Assembly (NCBI GenBank): GCA_951406725.2
Contig: OX597817.1
Location: 25,172,001-25,236,000 of the forward strand
Length of the DNA: 64,000 nucleotides
Origin: Octopus vulgaris
Taxonomy: Eukaryota
Reading direction: 5' to 3'
Below the pieces are notes generated by a model that was not told the DNA's origin, searched no databases, and saw nothing but the letters and a program-made list of their open reading frames with translations. Below are positions 40,381 to 53,865 of this stretch, one piece after another; positions within the stretch are counted from its first letter, which is position 1, and the number at the start of each line of letters is the position of its first letter. Position numbers and translations under genes: made by a program.

Positions 40381-42063
40381 ACATACAAACATACACACAC
40401 ACATATACATACATACAAGCATGCATGCATACATGATGCATACATAAATGTGTGTGTGTTAGTGTGTGTAAGTTGATTGGTTATTTTAATAACCCCAGAG
40501 GCAAAGATGACTTTGATAAGGATGTGAACTCAGAATGTAAACTGCTTTACTATATATATTGTAATATATGTTCTCCACGTCTTTACTAATTCTATCACTC
40601 ACCATCTTTTCAGAACTATCATCAATAAAAATATATTGAATAGTGCGTATATATATTATATGTCATTGCATGCTCATGCATTTGTGCATAAATTAGATTT
40701 AAAACAAATTATTAAGTAGTTGGAAAACTCTGAAATAATAATATATATATATAATCAAATAATGTGCTAAGATGGCTGAGTACATCTATTGCCACTTGTA
40801 CTTGTGATAATGCTATTGCTAGTGATGCTACAACAACTTTATATTGATTATGTTTAGCCTTATGATAGTGAAATCATCCCCATGGTTATGAAATTAACTT
40901 CTTACCCAAACAACTCAATCTGCTCCCAGTTGCACTTTGCAATTACACTACTGCCACTACTGCTACGTCTTCTATTACTGCTGCTTCTGTTCAACAAATG
41001 TTCTTATCCATGTCATTAAACCTGTTGCAAATTTGATAATATATATTTATATTAAAAAAAAAAAAATTTTATTTCCTAACAGATATATGTGGAAAATATA
41101 TATATAAAAAGAAGTGTTATATTTATGGAAATAAACACCTTATTGAAAACGTCTTTTTATATATAAAGCATTATTATGAGATGAGAAAAGAAATGGCATT
41201 AATAATGAAATTTCTCTGTTTATATTCCACTAAAAGAAAATAAAATGATAAATTTAAAGTGGCTAGCACAACATAAATTCTGAACTTTGTATTTTACAAC
41301 ACAATTTATTTGTTAATGGATATTTTTATTATTTCATTATTCATTTGCATATATTCAGCATTTATTATCTTTAATGAGAATAAATAACTTGGGCTTTGGT
41401 TCTGCCTATTGAATTTAGTATTTGAACTCAATATTTCATTCATTCTAACTTAACATGGTTCTGAATAGTTCTACCAATCAAAATTGTTGTTGAAGCAGGA
41501 ATATGGTGAAAACAGTTAATTTTTGTTATTATTACAAAGGTTCAGTTATAATCCATATTGTCAAAAGTTCAAAAGCATACTACAAGCCTTGTAGTTGTTT
41601 TGTTTTTACTTTCTAAGTCTAGTAGAGGAGCAATATCCATGGCCTTTCCAAGTCGTAGGAAATCAGTTAGATTTATTCTATTGACGCTCTACATAAATTG
41701 TTGCAATTCAGTTCAATATTTGAGGAAAGGATGGAGTTTCAGTGAGTTGACATTCTGTGAAATAAGGATTAGAAAGAGTAATTGTTTCAAAGCCTGGTGG
41801 ATTGCACGCAATATTGAAGATGATAGGAGGAGAGAAAGGGATGACTTTAAATGACTTGAGTAGAGACGGCACAAGATTAGGCAGTTCTGAGTAGCAAGAG
41901 CCATTGTAGAAGCAGTATGAAAGGTAAAGACAGGAAACATTGTACCTTTTGACCAGATGCTGGAATGTATCTGTGAGTTACTTTATGCCAGTCTGTCAAG
42001 TGAACTTTCTCTGGATTCAGCCTGAAATGTTTCTGTAAGCAGTATCAGCACTGTGCCCCAGAA

Positions 42064-43337
42064 TATGAGGGTCAACAGAAAAGTTCATAATCTGACCAAG
42101 TTACTTTCATGGTATGTGACCATATGGGGTTTATTTTTCAATATTAACCTCCTTGTGGTCCACACATTTTTTTCCATTGCTGTTGCAGTGCTTGGATCTC
42201 ATTCTTGAAGACGCTTTCATCCTATTGGTAAAAAAAAGCATCAACAACAGATACAACATCATCATCATTATGATACTGATTCTCACCCTAGTGATTCTTC
42301 ATGCTGGAGAATAGATTATAGTCAGCTAGAGCCAAATCAGGAGAATAAGGAGAGTGATCAACCAGTTCAAAATCATAGCCGCTCACAGCATCTTTTGAAA
42401 CCAAGGACTTGTGTGCTGGAGCATTATCCTGGTGAGACAAGACCAAATTTATCACTTTTCCTGAATATTTGTGCTTGATAACTTTTCATAACTGACTCAG
42501 CTTCTTGGCATTGTACTCTGCATTGACAGTGTGGACCATTTGAAGATAGTCAATAAAAAATGTCTTTTGCATCCTAAAATAACTGAGGCCATTAACTTCA
42601 TTGCATATGAAACTACCTCGCTGTTTTGGAACAGGTGAGGAGCGATGTTTCCACTGCATGGATTGTTTCTTTGTCTCTGACTCAAAGTGATGAACCCAAC
42701 ACTCATCATATGTTAGGACATGTTCGAGGAAACCCTCTGGATCTGCCACAAACAATGTCAGGTTTTCCTGTGATGTGATCAGCTAGGTGCACTTTTGCTC
42801 TGGTCTCAGAAGACGTGGCACCCACTGAGCAGAAACCTTTGTCATGGCAAGTTCATGGTGCAGAATATTCTCACCTCTCTCACAGGATATGCTAATAGAA
42901 TTGGCTGTTTGATTTAAAGTTGCCTGCCTATCGTCCATCACCATGTGTTGGACATGATTAATGTTTCCATCTGTGGTGACAGTTGCAGATGTTGGGTCAT
43001 CTTCAAACCTCCTAAATTCATCTGCCCACTTTTGTACTGTTGATAAAGCTAGAGTATCATTCCCTAATGTAGTAATAATGTCAGCATGAATTTCATTGGG
43101 GGCTAAACCTTTTTCTGCAAGAACTTTATAATGTTACAATGCCAAATTTCGCCCATTTTCAAGAGAAGTCACTTCTAGTTACAATCAAACACTTCTTTGA
43201 AGAGTCAGATGTCAGTTTACATGGAAAGAAACAATGCAGTTATTAATGAAATGAGGTGAAAGTAATGCATGCAAGATTTCATAGCTCTAGCGTCACTCCT
43301 TCATAGTATCCTACAAACTTTACCGACCACCCTCATA
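42064..43337 (-). mobile_element. Full-length decayed mariner (irritans-like), ~1.27 kb
   Basis: TA-bounded inverted termini TATGAGGGT..AAAGTT at both ends; ORF remnant DPEGFLEHVLTYDECWVHHFESETKKQSMQWKHRSSPVPK. Confidence 0.9.
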
Positions 43338-44364
43338 TTTACACAATCATTGTAGGGCATCATTTTTAGAATGATTTTAAAGATTGTTCATTTTATTTCT
43401 CTTTCCCCACTCCCCACACATGTTTTCACAGGCACACATATCCATTCCTCAACCTTCTCTCTCTCTCTCCCCTCTTTCTTTCTTCTTTATTTCAATTATC
43501 TGTGAGTTAAAAGTAAGAAGAAACTTTGAACGCTTTTGTGATCATTCAAGTAATATCGTTCAAGTTAAACAATAGCAACAAGTAACACACAATCAGAAAT
43601 CTATAAGAGAAGGTTAATCAGATTTGTGACTAGCTAAGAGAAATTGCAAAGGGATTATTAGAACAGACTTGAAAGAAATATGCATACACAGTGAAAAGAC
43701 TAGAAAAAGGACATGAAGGGTGGAAAAAGTTATTGCTATACAAAGCTGTCTAATTGATATCAGCATTGAGAAGCAAACACACAAACGTCATTGCCTGCAG
43801 CTGTTGATAGTGTTATATTAGAACATCAATATAATTTCACAATTCTATTCCAGTTATAATTGTATTATTTCAAATATGTTGACAGTAACATATTATGCCT
43901 AATATCTCAGGGATGCTTCCATAGATATTATGCCATTGAACATCTATCTGGGGATTCAGAAACTTATTACTTTGACATATTTATTCTACAGTGACTGCAA
44001 ACTGTCAGACTGATTCTTCTACCTACCTACCTACTGGAATTCGGTTGGAGTCAGTGCACAAATAACTATTGGCATCAAGGGACTCATTGACATCGTCGCT
44101 CAACATGCTAGAAATAGCAATCAAATCTCCTTAAAATTACACCTATCATTAAAAGTGAAATGCATTGTTTAATGCAGTATATTGCGATTTATGACATATA
44201 CACTCACATACACACACACACACATATATATATACATACACATACATACATACATACATACATACATACATACATACATACATACATGCATGCATACATA
44301 TATCGTCTATCTGGATGTTTTGCTGTCCCTTTTTGTATCATCTAGTTGTCCGATTTTGTTTTAT

Positions 44365-44397
<33 letters not shown>

Positions 44398-44608
44398 CAT
44401 ACATACATATATATATCAGGGGTGTATATCCCGTGTGTACTAGGTGTATGTTGCACACCCATCAAAAGTAGCAAATTCATTACAAATATTAACCTCACTC
44501 ATTAATTTAATCATAAATCTTAATAGAAAACTTTTGTCATACCCCTGCTTGAAAATTGGTTGCATTGTGTGTGGCAGCACACCCAATACAACAATCACCA
44601 TGTGTCAC

Positions 44609-44700
<92 letters not shown>

Positions 44701-44703
<3 letters not shown>

Positions 44704-46380
44704 GGAGGTGGGCACTGTTAACTAAAAAATTACCTTTGTTAATCATTAATCTGTTAGTTCTTTGAAATGTAATGGAAGTTAATGTTAATCTATTAACGTT
44801 AACTTTTATTGGAAAATGATATAACTACAGTTTAACACACCACTGACTTTGTTGCCTCATAACTTCCAGAAAAATTGATACTTTTTAACGAAACTTTCAC
44901 CAAATAATCGCTTGTATCCTGTAAATTGAGTGCATGTAAAGATATGTTGGAAAACTTTTCTGAGGGTTGAGGTGAGGAGTTTCAGAAAATTCACAGGACC
45001 CGACATTTCCCGCCTCATAACTTTCTGGAAAATAGGTATTTTTTTATGAAATTTTAGACAAATATCTTTCAGGTAGTGTAGATTACGATTACAAAAGGAA
45101 TTTGTAGCTAAAATATTTGGAAGGGGCGGTGGAGAGGAGTTTCTAGAAAATTGGGTTTCGGATCAGACGGCCCACATAAGTTGGAACTTCTCCGTTTTGA
45201 TGGAGATTTTTCCGATGTTTCTCACCAAAGTCTTCAGAATGATGAGAGGCATCTTTTCACGAAACGAAAAAGAAAAAAGTTTTGAAATGTTTTCACCCCC
45301 CCCCCCCTCACCACTCCAGTCTGAAACGATTTTGACCATTTTTTTCACTACAGATTAAAACCCATGAGAGGAACATTTTTGCCGTAAAATAATTGTTAAT
45401 AATTTCAGAGGAAAATGTGTGAACTACATTTTTTTTTCGGGTGCATTCAACGTATCTGACTTCCAAATCCGCTGCAAGCCACTTTTTTCCAGAAAAGAAA
45501 GGTAAGAGGGGGAATCTCGAAGTTTCCTACCAAGGGAGTTCTGTTTCGCGGGTCTTTTTTCTTTTCCAGGTTATTTTGCATGCTTTCAACGAATGTAACA
45601 TCAAAATCATGCGTAAACGGCTACTTTTTCCAGAAAAGGAAAGAATTGGCTGCTATTTCTATTGCCCTGCAACCACGTTACAGTTATTTGCGTTCACACC
45701 GAAATATTTACCAACTTTTTTCCTTCCATTTATTTTTTCCACTTTATGAAAGTCAATATTTTCTCTGTTGACATCCACCTCAGTTAATTTTGCTTTTCTC
45801 CCAGTTCTGTGCATTCTGGAAGAAAAGCCCTCACATTATCTCAAAACTATGAGAATTCACTAACGTGACTTGTTTACTTTTTGAAAAGATTTCGTAGAGG
45901 AATTAGATACGACAGATTTAGGCCGATTTAAACACTAAAGGATTAAAAAGTGCCCAAACTATAAAATCAGCTTTTTGGCTTTTCTGAAGGCTTTAGAACC
46001 CCAAAATTATAGTTTTTTTTTTCTTGCTTTAGAGTTAAAAAATGCTGATTTTATAGTTTCAAATTTTAAAGGGCCTAAAAACAGCTGATGGCATTGTCTT
46101 GTCCCGTTTTTAGGTCTTTAAAGGCTTTTAGAGCCAGAAAAGAGTAAAAAAAACTCAAATGAAACAATATTAGTATTAAACTAAAAGATCAAAACAATAG
46201 AAGCTTTTAAACGTTTACCAGTTTTCATGAAATTTTTTATTAACTGACTTGAGTTAACGGAAGCTAAATGAAATGGAAGTTAATTAGTCCAATAAAGGCT
46301 TCCAAAGTTAACTTCAAAATTAAATTATTAATGGAAAGGTTAACTTCATTAACAATTAACAGATTAACAGACTGACACCC

Positions 46381-46386
<6 letters not shown>
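44701..46386. mobile_element. Putative non-autonomous DNA transposon (hAT-like), ~1.7 kb
   Basis: Imperfect termini CGGAGGTGGGCAC / CACCCAGCTCT with dense subterminal GTTAA/TTAAC repeats at both ends; internal direct repeat 44855-44905 vs 45012-45062; sits between two (CT)n(TA)n tracts; no transposase seen. Confidence 0.55.
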
Positions 46387-46467
<81 letters not shown>

Positions 46468-46470
<3 letters not shown>

Positions 46471-46655
46471 TCATCATCATCGTTTAACGTCCGTTTTCCA
46501 AGCTGGCATGGGTTGAATGGTTTGACCGGGGTCTGGGAAACCAGGAATCTGCACTAGGCCCCAATCTGATCTGGCAGTGTTTCTACAGCTGGATGCCCTT
46601 CCTAACGCCAACCATTCCGAGAATGTAGTGGGTGCTTTTCCGTGCAACTGGCACA
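46468..46655 (-). mobile_element. Family C retroposon (one unit)
   Basis: (CAT)n followed by the reverse body. Confidence 0.8.
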
Positions 46656-46872
46656 GGGACCAGAGGAGGTGTCTGTGAATGTACATATATGCTTATAAAC
46701 ACACACGCATATAAATAATTTGTGGTTTTAGAGCGTTAGCTCTGTCTATAGCAAGAGGTATTTTAAGAACCCTACTGTATTTTGTCAATATATTTTACCT
46801 ATAAAGGTGTAAACTTTCTAGCCACTTTATTATTATCATTATCGTTATTAATACTGGTAATGATACCTATTT

Positions 46873-47097
46873 CCTTACTACCCACAAGGGGATTAACACA
46901 GAGAGGACAAACAAGGACAGACAAACGGGTCGAGTCGATAATTCGACCCCAGTGCGTAACTGGTACTTATTTAATCGACCCCGAAAGGACGAAAGCCAAA
47001 GTCAACCTCGGCGGAATTTGAACTCAGAACGTAGCAGCAGACGAAATACCGCTCAGCATTTCGCCCGGCGTGCTACCGATTCAGCCAGCTCGCCGCC
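46873..47097 (-). mobile_element. Family B Meta-domain SINE with 12-bp TSD
   Basis: TGATACCTATTT at 46861-46872 and 47098-47109. Confidence 0.92.
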
Positions 47098-47231
47098 TGA
47101 TACCTATTTAACTATATATTATACTGGCTCACGTTATGTTCATTTTGGAAATGTCATGGAGGCATTCAAATGTAAGAGTGCACACAGTGTTATGTGATGA
47201 GTGTTTCAGATGTAGATGTTGTTGCGTTAAG

Positions 47232-47287
47232 TCCTGCTGATGAGCTTAATGTTTTCCATACAGAAAGTGAAATCTCTTGATCCTGGA
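47232..47287 (+). ncRNA. Type-I hammerhead ribozyme candidate
   Basis: tcctg CTGATGA gctt [17 nt] aagt GAAA tc tctt gATC ctgga: stem I 4/5 pairs, stem II 4 bp, AUC triplet. Confidence 0.65.
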
Positions 47288-47590
47288 ATATATGCATCCC
47301 TAACTTCTGTAGTTCATACAAGGTAAGCCCATATCTGTTATGTTTGTTGCATTAGCCGTGTGTATTTTAATAGTGAGTAATTTGTAGTTTCAGAGCGATT
47401 GATGTTTATAGCAAGTGATATTTTAAATACCCTACTGTATTTTGTTTATATTTTTTACCTACAAATGTGTAAACTTGCTAGCTACTTTATTATTATCCTT
47501 ATTATTATTAATAATGGTAATGATACCTATTAATAACTTTATATATACATACGCGCGCACACACACACACATACATTTATATATATTTAT

Positions 47591-47793
47591 ACTCTTTTAC
47601 TTGTTTCAGTCATTTGACTGCGGCCATGCTGGAGCACCACCTTTAATCGAGCAACTCGACCCCGGGACTTATTCTTTGTAAGCCCAGTACTTATTCTATC
47701 GGTCTCTTTTTGCCAAACCGCTAAGTGACGGAGACATAAACACACTAGCATCGGTTGTCAAGCAATGCTAGGGGGACAAACACAGACACACAA

Positions 47794-47832
<39 letters not shown>

Positions 47833-48005
47833 CATACAGACGACGGATTTCTTTCAGTTTCTGTCTACCAAATCCACTCACAAGGCTTTGGTCAGCCCGA
47901 GGCTATAGTAGAAGACACTTGCCGAAGGTGCCACGCAGTGGGACTGAACCCGGAACCATGTGGTTGGTAAACCAGCTACTTACCACACAGCCACTCCTGC
48001 GCCTA
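47591..48005 (-). mobile_element. Family A SINE
   Basis: Near-consensus reverse copy. Confidence 0.92.
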
Positions 48006-49208
48006 CGTATATCTTTTATCTTCATCCTCTATCTTCTTCTTGTTTCAGTCATTAGACTGTGACCATGCTGGTGCACTACCTTCAAGAATTTTTAGCTGAA
48101 TAAATTGACCCAGTTTTCTATTTTAAAGCAAATAGATCCATAGTTTAAAAATAGTTGAGAACTCCTGGTCTAAAAAGTCTTCACTAATCCAAGTGCTTGT
48201 TGAGTGTCCATTCACTCAAGACAATATGACCAAGAGAATGAACAGCAGAGAAAGTGATAATAGTAAAAGACAAAAAGATTCAAGATGTGTGAATAAAAGG
48301 GAAGATATTTAAAAAGAGAACTGAAAATATTTTTTTTTCTCTGCAAAATAGAATTTATGACATTCATTCTTTTCTCCCAAGAAGTTAGTCATATAAGTGA
48401 TGCAAAATAGGTTTTAACAATCAATAACAGACTGAAAACATAATTAACTGAAAAAATTACTACCATTCCATAATGTTGACCAGACTTACTAAAGAAGTGT
48501 TAAAATCAAATCAAGTACAGAGATGAAGTCTGCTTCCAATAGATTAGTCTGTTAGACACACATCCGTATACATACACAATGCAATGCATATGATTACACA
48601 AACATAAATATTTCACACACTTACACATATATGCATATACAATACACATACTTACATACAAATTTTAAAGAGGTATACATATGTTCACAGGCGTATTTAT
48701 TCTTTGCATTAAACAAGTCATAAACTTGACAATTATCAGTAATGAAGATATAGATTTACTGTTCGTTTGTGGAATGATTATTTGTATTTAAAGCATTAAT
48801 CCATTGATTTATTATATTAAGGTCTCAGTTTGGATACGCAAAATTAATGAGATTAGTTTGTATTATATCTCATTAACGATTCAATAGAACAACTCAGACC
48901 TTAAACAAATACCATTTCTAGGAATATTTTTATTTCATTGACAAAAAGCAGAAAAAGTAAAATATATCCTACAAATCCATCAAAGTGACACAGTATTTTA
49001 CGTTTTGTGCTTTACATAGTGTTATGTATACTCAATACTCATAGACTCACTCACATAAATATACACATGCATACGCACTATATATATATGTGTGTGTGTG
49101 TATTACTTTCACCCTTATTATTTAAATATGTATATATATGTATATATATATGCATGTATGTATATGTATTTATGTCTATCTATCTATCTATCTATGTATG
49201 TATGTATG

Positions 49209-49260
<52 letters not shown>

Positions 49261-49272
49261 AATATATATATA

Positions 49273-49315
<43 letters not shown>

Positions 49316-49539
49316 TAGAGGATAAAACCTTTTTTAAAAATTCTATCAGTGGCCATCATATAAAATGAAACCAATTAAGGTGAAAATTATCTGTATAATT
49401 AGAATGAGGGCTTAAAATTTTTTTCTTTCCTATATGCTGAGAAAAAGATGCTAAATCGTCTCATCACTTAAAGAAGTCACAAACACACATGTTGAATTCG
49501 ACACAACAAACTAACAGAAATTTTTTAATAAAATAGATA

Positions 49540-49597
49540 GTTCTGTATTAGCTTAATTTCTGGGTTTGCCCAACGGCTCTCCCATCATCAGCAAAAC
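49540..49597 (-). ncRNA. Type-I hammerhead ribozyme, intact core
   Basis: gttttg CTGATGA TGGG [16 nt] CCCA GAAA tta agc taATA cagaac: 6-bp stem I (one wobble), 4-bp stem II, stem III ATTA/TAAT, AUA triplet. Confidence 0.85.
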
Positions 49598-49677
49598 ATA
49601 CTATATTTATATATACTCACAGTACATATTATTATACTCACAGTATATATAAATATTTCATTTATTTCTATTAGTAT

Positions 49678-49735
49678 GTTCTGCTGATGATGGGAGAGCC
49701 GTTGGGCAAACCCAGATATTAGGCTAATACAGAAC
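49678..49735 (+). ncRNA. Type-I hammerhead ribozyme with GAAA to GATA mutation
   Basis: gttctg CTGATGA TGGG..CCCA GATA tta ggc taATA cagaac. Confidence 0.75.
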
Positions 49736-50589
49736 TATCTAAACAATTTCTGTTAGTTTGTTGTGTCGAATTCAACATGTGTGTTTGTGACTTCTTTAAG
49801 TGGTGTAACGATTTAGCATCTTTTTCTCAGCATATAGGCTAGAAAAATTTTCTAAACCCTTATTATAGTTCAATGTATATACATGTACATATAAAGCATA
49901 CAAGCAAGACATGATCCTCGACTTGTCTTGAAGTCAATGACTTGACTCATTAGAATTTGCCTTATCATCTTGAAGAATAAAAATAAAATGGAAAGACTAA
50001 TACCTTCATTAATAAGAACTATGTACTAGTCAAGGAATTCTTGTGGAAGAATACAAAAGTAGCTTCACAGATACCCTCTTTTAAGTACCATTTTTCTTCA
50101 GAAAGATGAAAGGCTAAGTATACCTTGGCAGGATTTGAACTCAGAATATGAAAATTAAAGACCAATTCTATAAGGTATGATGCACTAATTACTCTACTTT
50201 TAGGTCAATTTTTCAGTAAGATTGAATGATCAAAGAGAGAATTTCTTTGATCATAGATGAATGTGACCACTAATGAACGACAACAATTAGTTAGTTAACG
50301 ACAACAATTAGAAGGATAAATCCATTCAGAGATTCTTGTCTAAGATATGATTTCTGTTCATCAGTTATATCACGATGCACTTTTACATGATGGCTTATTA
50401 ATCAAACTTGATGATGACCCAGTAATTGACCAAAGATAAATAAAAGACTGTGGGGAAGAAATAAAATGATGTATTATGTGTATTCATCCTTTCGTAAAAG
50501 ATGAAGACAATGACTTCAAAGTAACTGCGTTACAACAGAAGATGTATCCATGCTACAGACCAGAGAATTACACTGCTCTCACCTATACT

Positions 50590-51035
50590 CATCATCATCA
50601 TTGTTCGACCATGGTCGAGACAATGGAATTTACCATGCTACGCCAGACTTCACGGTCCATCATAGAATTACGGAGGTCCTGTTGCTGGATGCCTGTATCC
50701 CTGGAGATTACATCAGGGTAGGAGAGTATGCGCCCTCTAGTATCGCGAGTAGATGGCTTCCAGAGGAGAAGAGGAGAAATTGCCTTGTTTTCAGCTCTAC
50801 AACAATGTCCAGCAAACTGGATTCTCCTACTTTTCACAAGAGATGACACAGGTGGTAGTTCGACTGTGGCTTTGAAGATTTTAAGTTTGAAGTCTCTACT
50901 TAGATTTGATGACCAGATCTTATGCATATCATTACAGGCTGACCAGGCCATACCCTTTCTAGTTAGAAAAATTTTTCCAGATGATGATATTTATGACCCA
51001 AGATATTTGTAATCAGAAACCATATACTACAAACG
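50590..51035 (-). pseudogene. RTE/RTEX-type LINE 3' fragment with apparent internal in-frame deletion
   Basis: KYLGS..RKGMAWSACNDMHKIWSSNLSRDFKLKIFKATVE joined to LPPVSSLVKSRRIQFAGHCCRAE..LLLWKP..GR..DREVWRS; (TGA)n tail. Confidence 0.85.
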
Positions 51036-52253
51036 TCTGTGAGTTTGAAGTTATGAAAGTGTCAGTATCTTGTCACAAATGTGTGATATCCCCAATGCTA
51101 CAATATTTATGACATATTTGTGAAAGGTAGGAGAGTCCAGTTTAGGAAAAAAAAAGTGGATAAAATATTGAATATAGCAAATTTCCTTTTGGGTGTACAT
51201 ATTTTTGTAACATTTGAAAATGAATATGTTGTTCATATCTTTGAAAATGTTTATTGTCTTGTGTTCCAAATTCGTATAATGTTTGTATGTATAAGATATT
51301 TTATTCAGTATAAATTTCGTTTGATTTACTTTGATATTATCAGAGTAATGGCAATTTTGCTGAAATTTTTTAGGGCTGTATATACTTCTGTGAGAAATAT
51401 ATTTAGAATAAAAGCAGAAAAGAATAGATTTCACAGATAGTTCATTCCTTAATTTTGCTCAACAACTCTTTCAAGATAAACATCATTAAATGTATTATCA
51501 TTTTATTGTGATACCTAATTAGTTTAAATGAAATTGATTTAGAAGTTGTGTTTATCCAAATTATTTGTAATATCATGTTATAAGTTTTTCAGAAAATTCT
51601 TACAAATTAGAATTGAAATTATTTCCCATCCCCACTTTCAGTATGGTTGAAGTTTTTTTTTTTTTTTTTTTTGATAAGCTTCCTCAACCGAAACCTTTTT
51701 ATTACTTAGCTTTATAACCCTTGTTTGCAGACAATGGACATCATATGCAGAGTGACCGACCCTTTCAGCAATCCTACCTTCTCTTATTTTTCCTCCCTAT
51801 ATTTTCTTCCGGTCTATCTATTTTATTTTTAAAACTCTCTCTCATGATACATTCACTCTTAGACTGCTCAGCTATCATGGTTCGTGCTAGTCAATACTAT
51901 ATTTGTTTTTATGTTTATGAGTAATACTACTTCAGTATTGCATCTTCTTGCATAATATGTTTTTTTTATATCAATCTTTCACTGATCATATATTACAGCT
52001 GTAAAGAAAAGACCTCCATACATCCTGTAAATTGTATTTGCAAATGTTTCATATAAATACATCTCTTACACCTAAAATTAGATGTACAGCTTCTTTATCA
52101 TTTTTTTTACATGCATGTGACTTCATTCGTTTTCCCTGCTAATTTTCTACTTCTATACTAAGTTTGATGCAGGAGTTGGAGTTTAAGAATATTTCAAAGC
52201 ATTTCTTGGTGACTATTTATTCTACACTTCTACTAGTGTTTTATCACTCATTA

Positions 52254-52334
<81 letters not shown>

Positions 52335-52373
52335 CTGCCTATCTGTCGGTCTTATAACCTGCCTGTCAGTATG

Positions 52374-52417
<44 letters not shown>

Positions 52418-52550
52418 TCTACTACTGCCCGACTTCAGTTCTTCGGTTTTTTCTTTAGCGAGTAAATTATATGCGGAAATTGATGATTTAATAGTCTGTT
52501 ATTAGCATATTGGCATTGAAATAATTTTCTTTAGCCCTTACTTATAAGTT

Positions 52551-52606
<56 letters not shown>

Positions 52607-53453
52607 TCATATATTGCTCACATATATATATATTTATGCATGTGTGTGTTTGTGTATATATGTATGTATAGATTGTTTGAAGTGGTTTGTAGATTTTATG
52701 TATTAAGAAAAAAAAGGTAGTCAGAATTTTGGATTTTTTTTTTTTTAATTATTTAGAAGAGGTTTTGCACAGCTTTTGTCTACCAAATTAAGTTGAGAAG
52801 CCATTGGTGAACTGAAGCCACCATAGAAGGCATTTCCTCAGAACCAAGAACCATGTGGTGGTGAAATGAACTTACTAAGCAAACAGCTATTCCTCACAAA
52901 GCAACTGAACAGCATTGTTGTAACTCTATATATGCAATATGTCAGTCATGAATTCCAACATTTTAGAAGATCTTACTCAACACATAGAATTGTTTGTTTA
53001 TCTTAACTAACTTAATAAAGTCTAGGATGAAATCTCTATAATCTAATGAAATCTTTAAAATGTCATATAAGATTTTGATTTTCACTAAATTATAATCTTG
53101 AATTTAGTTTAGTGTTCAACAAACTCAACAATCATAGCCACACTAATTATAGTCAATATTTGTTGCTTCTGTTCAGATGTGATAAGCTTACTGTTATTGA
53201 AATAACAGCTAAATCTTTTTCAAATAATACACAATGTTCTTGGAAAAATGAAAATAAACATTGGATAATGCAGTCTTAGTTATATTCCACTTCAAAACAT
53301 GAAACCATGATGGGATGCGCACAGAATAATTTTGGTCATTGGCCTGTTTGATTGGCACTGACTTAGTACCATTCTTCAATAGCTTCTACTGTTATCAGAC
53401 AAACTTTTCAAAAATGTTAGAAAGATAATTGAGATAGCAATTAAAACAAACAT

Positions 53454-53865
53454 AGGCTCAGGAGTGGCTGTGTGGTAAGTAGCTTGCTAACCAACCACAT
53501 GGTTCCGGGTTCAGTCCCACTGCATGGCATCTTGGGCAAGTGTCTTCTGCTATAGCCCCGGGCCGACCAATGCCTTGTGAGTGGATTTGGTAGACAGAAA
53601 CTGAAAGAAGCCTGTCGTATATATGCATATATGTATAAGTGTGTGTGTATGTGTTTGTGTGTCTGTGTTTGTCACCCTAGCATTGCTTGACAACCGATGC
53701 TGGTGTGTTTACGTCCCCGTCACTTAGCGGTTCGGCAAAAAAGACTGATAGAATAAGTACTGGGCTTACAAAAAGAATAAGTCCCGGGGTCGATTTGCTG
53801 GACTAAAGGCAGTGCTCCAGCATGGCCGCAGTCAAATGACTGAAACAAGTAAAAGAGTAAAGAGT
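53454..53865 (+). mobile_element. Family A SINE (empty site preserved near 58643)
   Basis: Full length; AT dinucleotide on both sides. Confidence 0.93.

Larger units (their letters stand above)
46716..47535 (+). mobile_element. Retrozyme-like partial tandem unit (~425 nt after removing the SINE)
   Basis: 46716-46872 and 47378-47531 are diverged direct repeats; an HHR lies between them. Confidence 0.65.
49400..49867. mobile_element. Head-to-head inverted pLTR/retrozyme pair (~200-bp arms)
   Basis: 49400-49602 is the reverse complement of 49672-49867; ~70-nt spacer with a duplicated ATACTCACAGTA; an HHR in each arm. Confidence 0.85.

Noticed and set aside
44417-44547. Possible small MITE (CAGGGGT...ACCCCTG)
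   Set aside because: Only 7-bp inverted match and no TSD.
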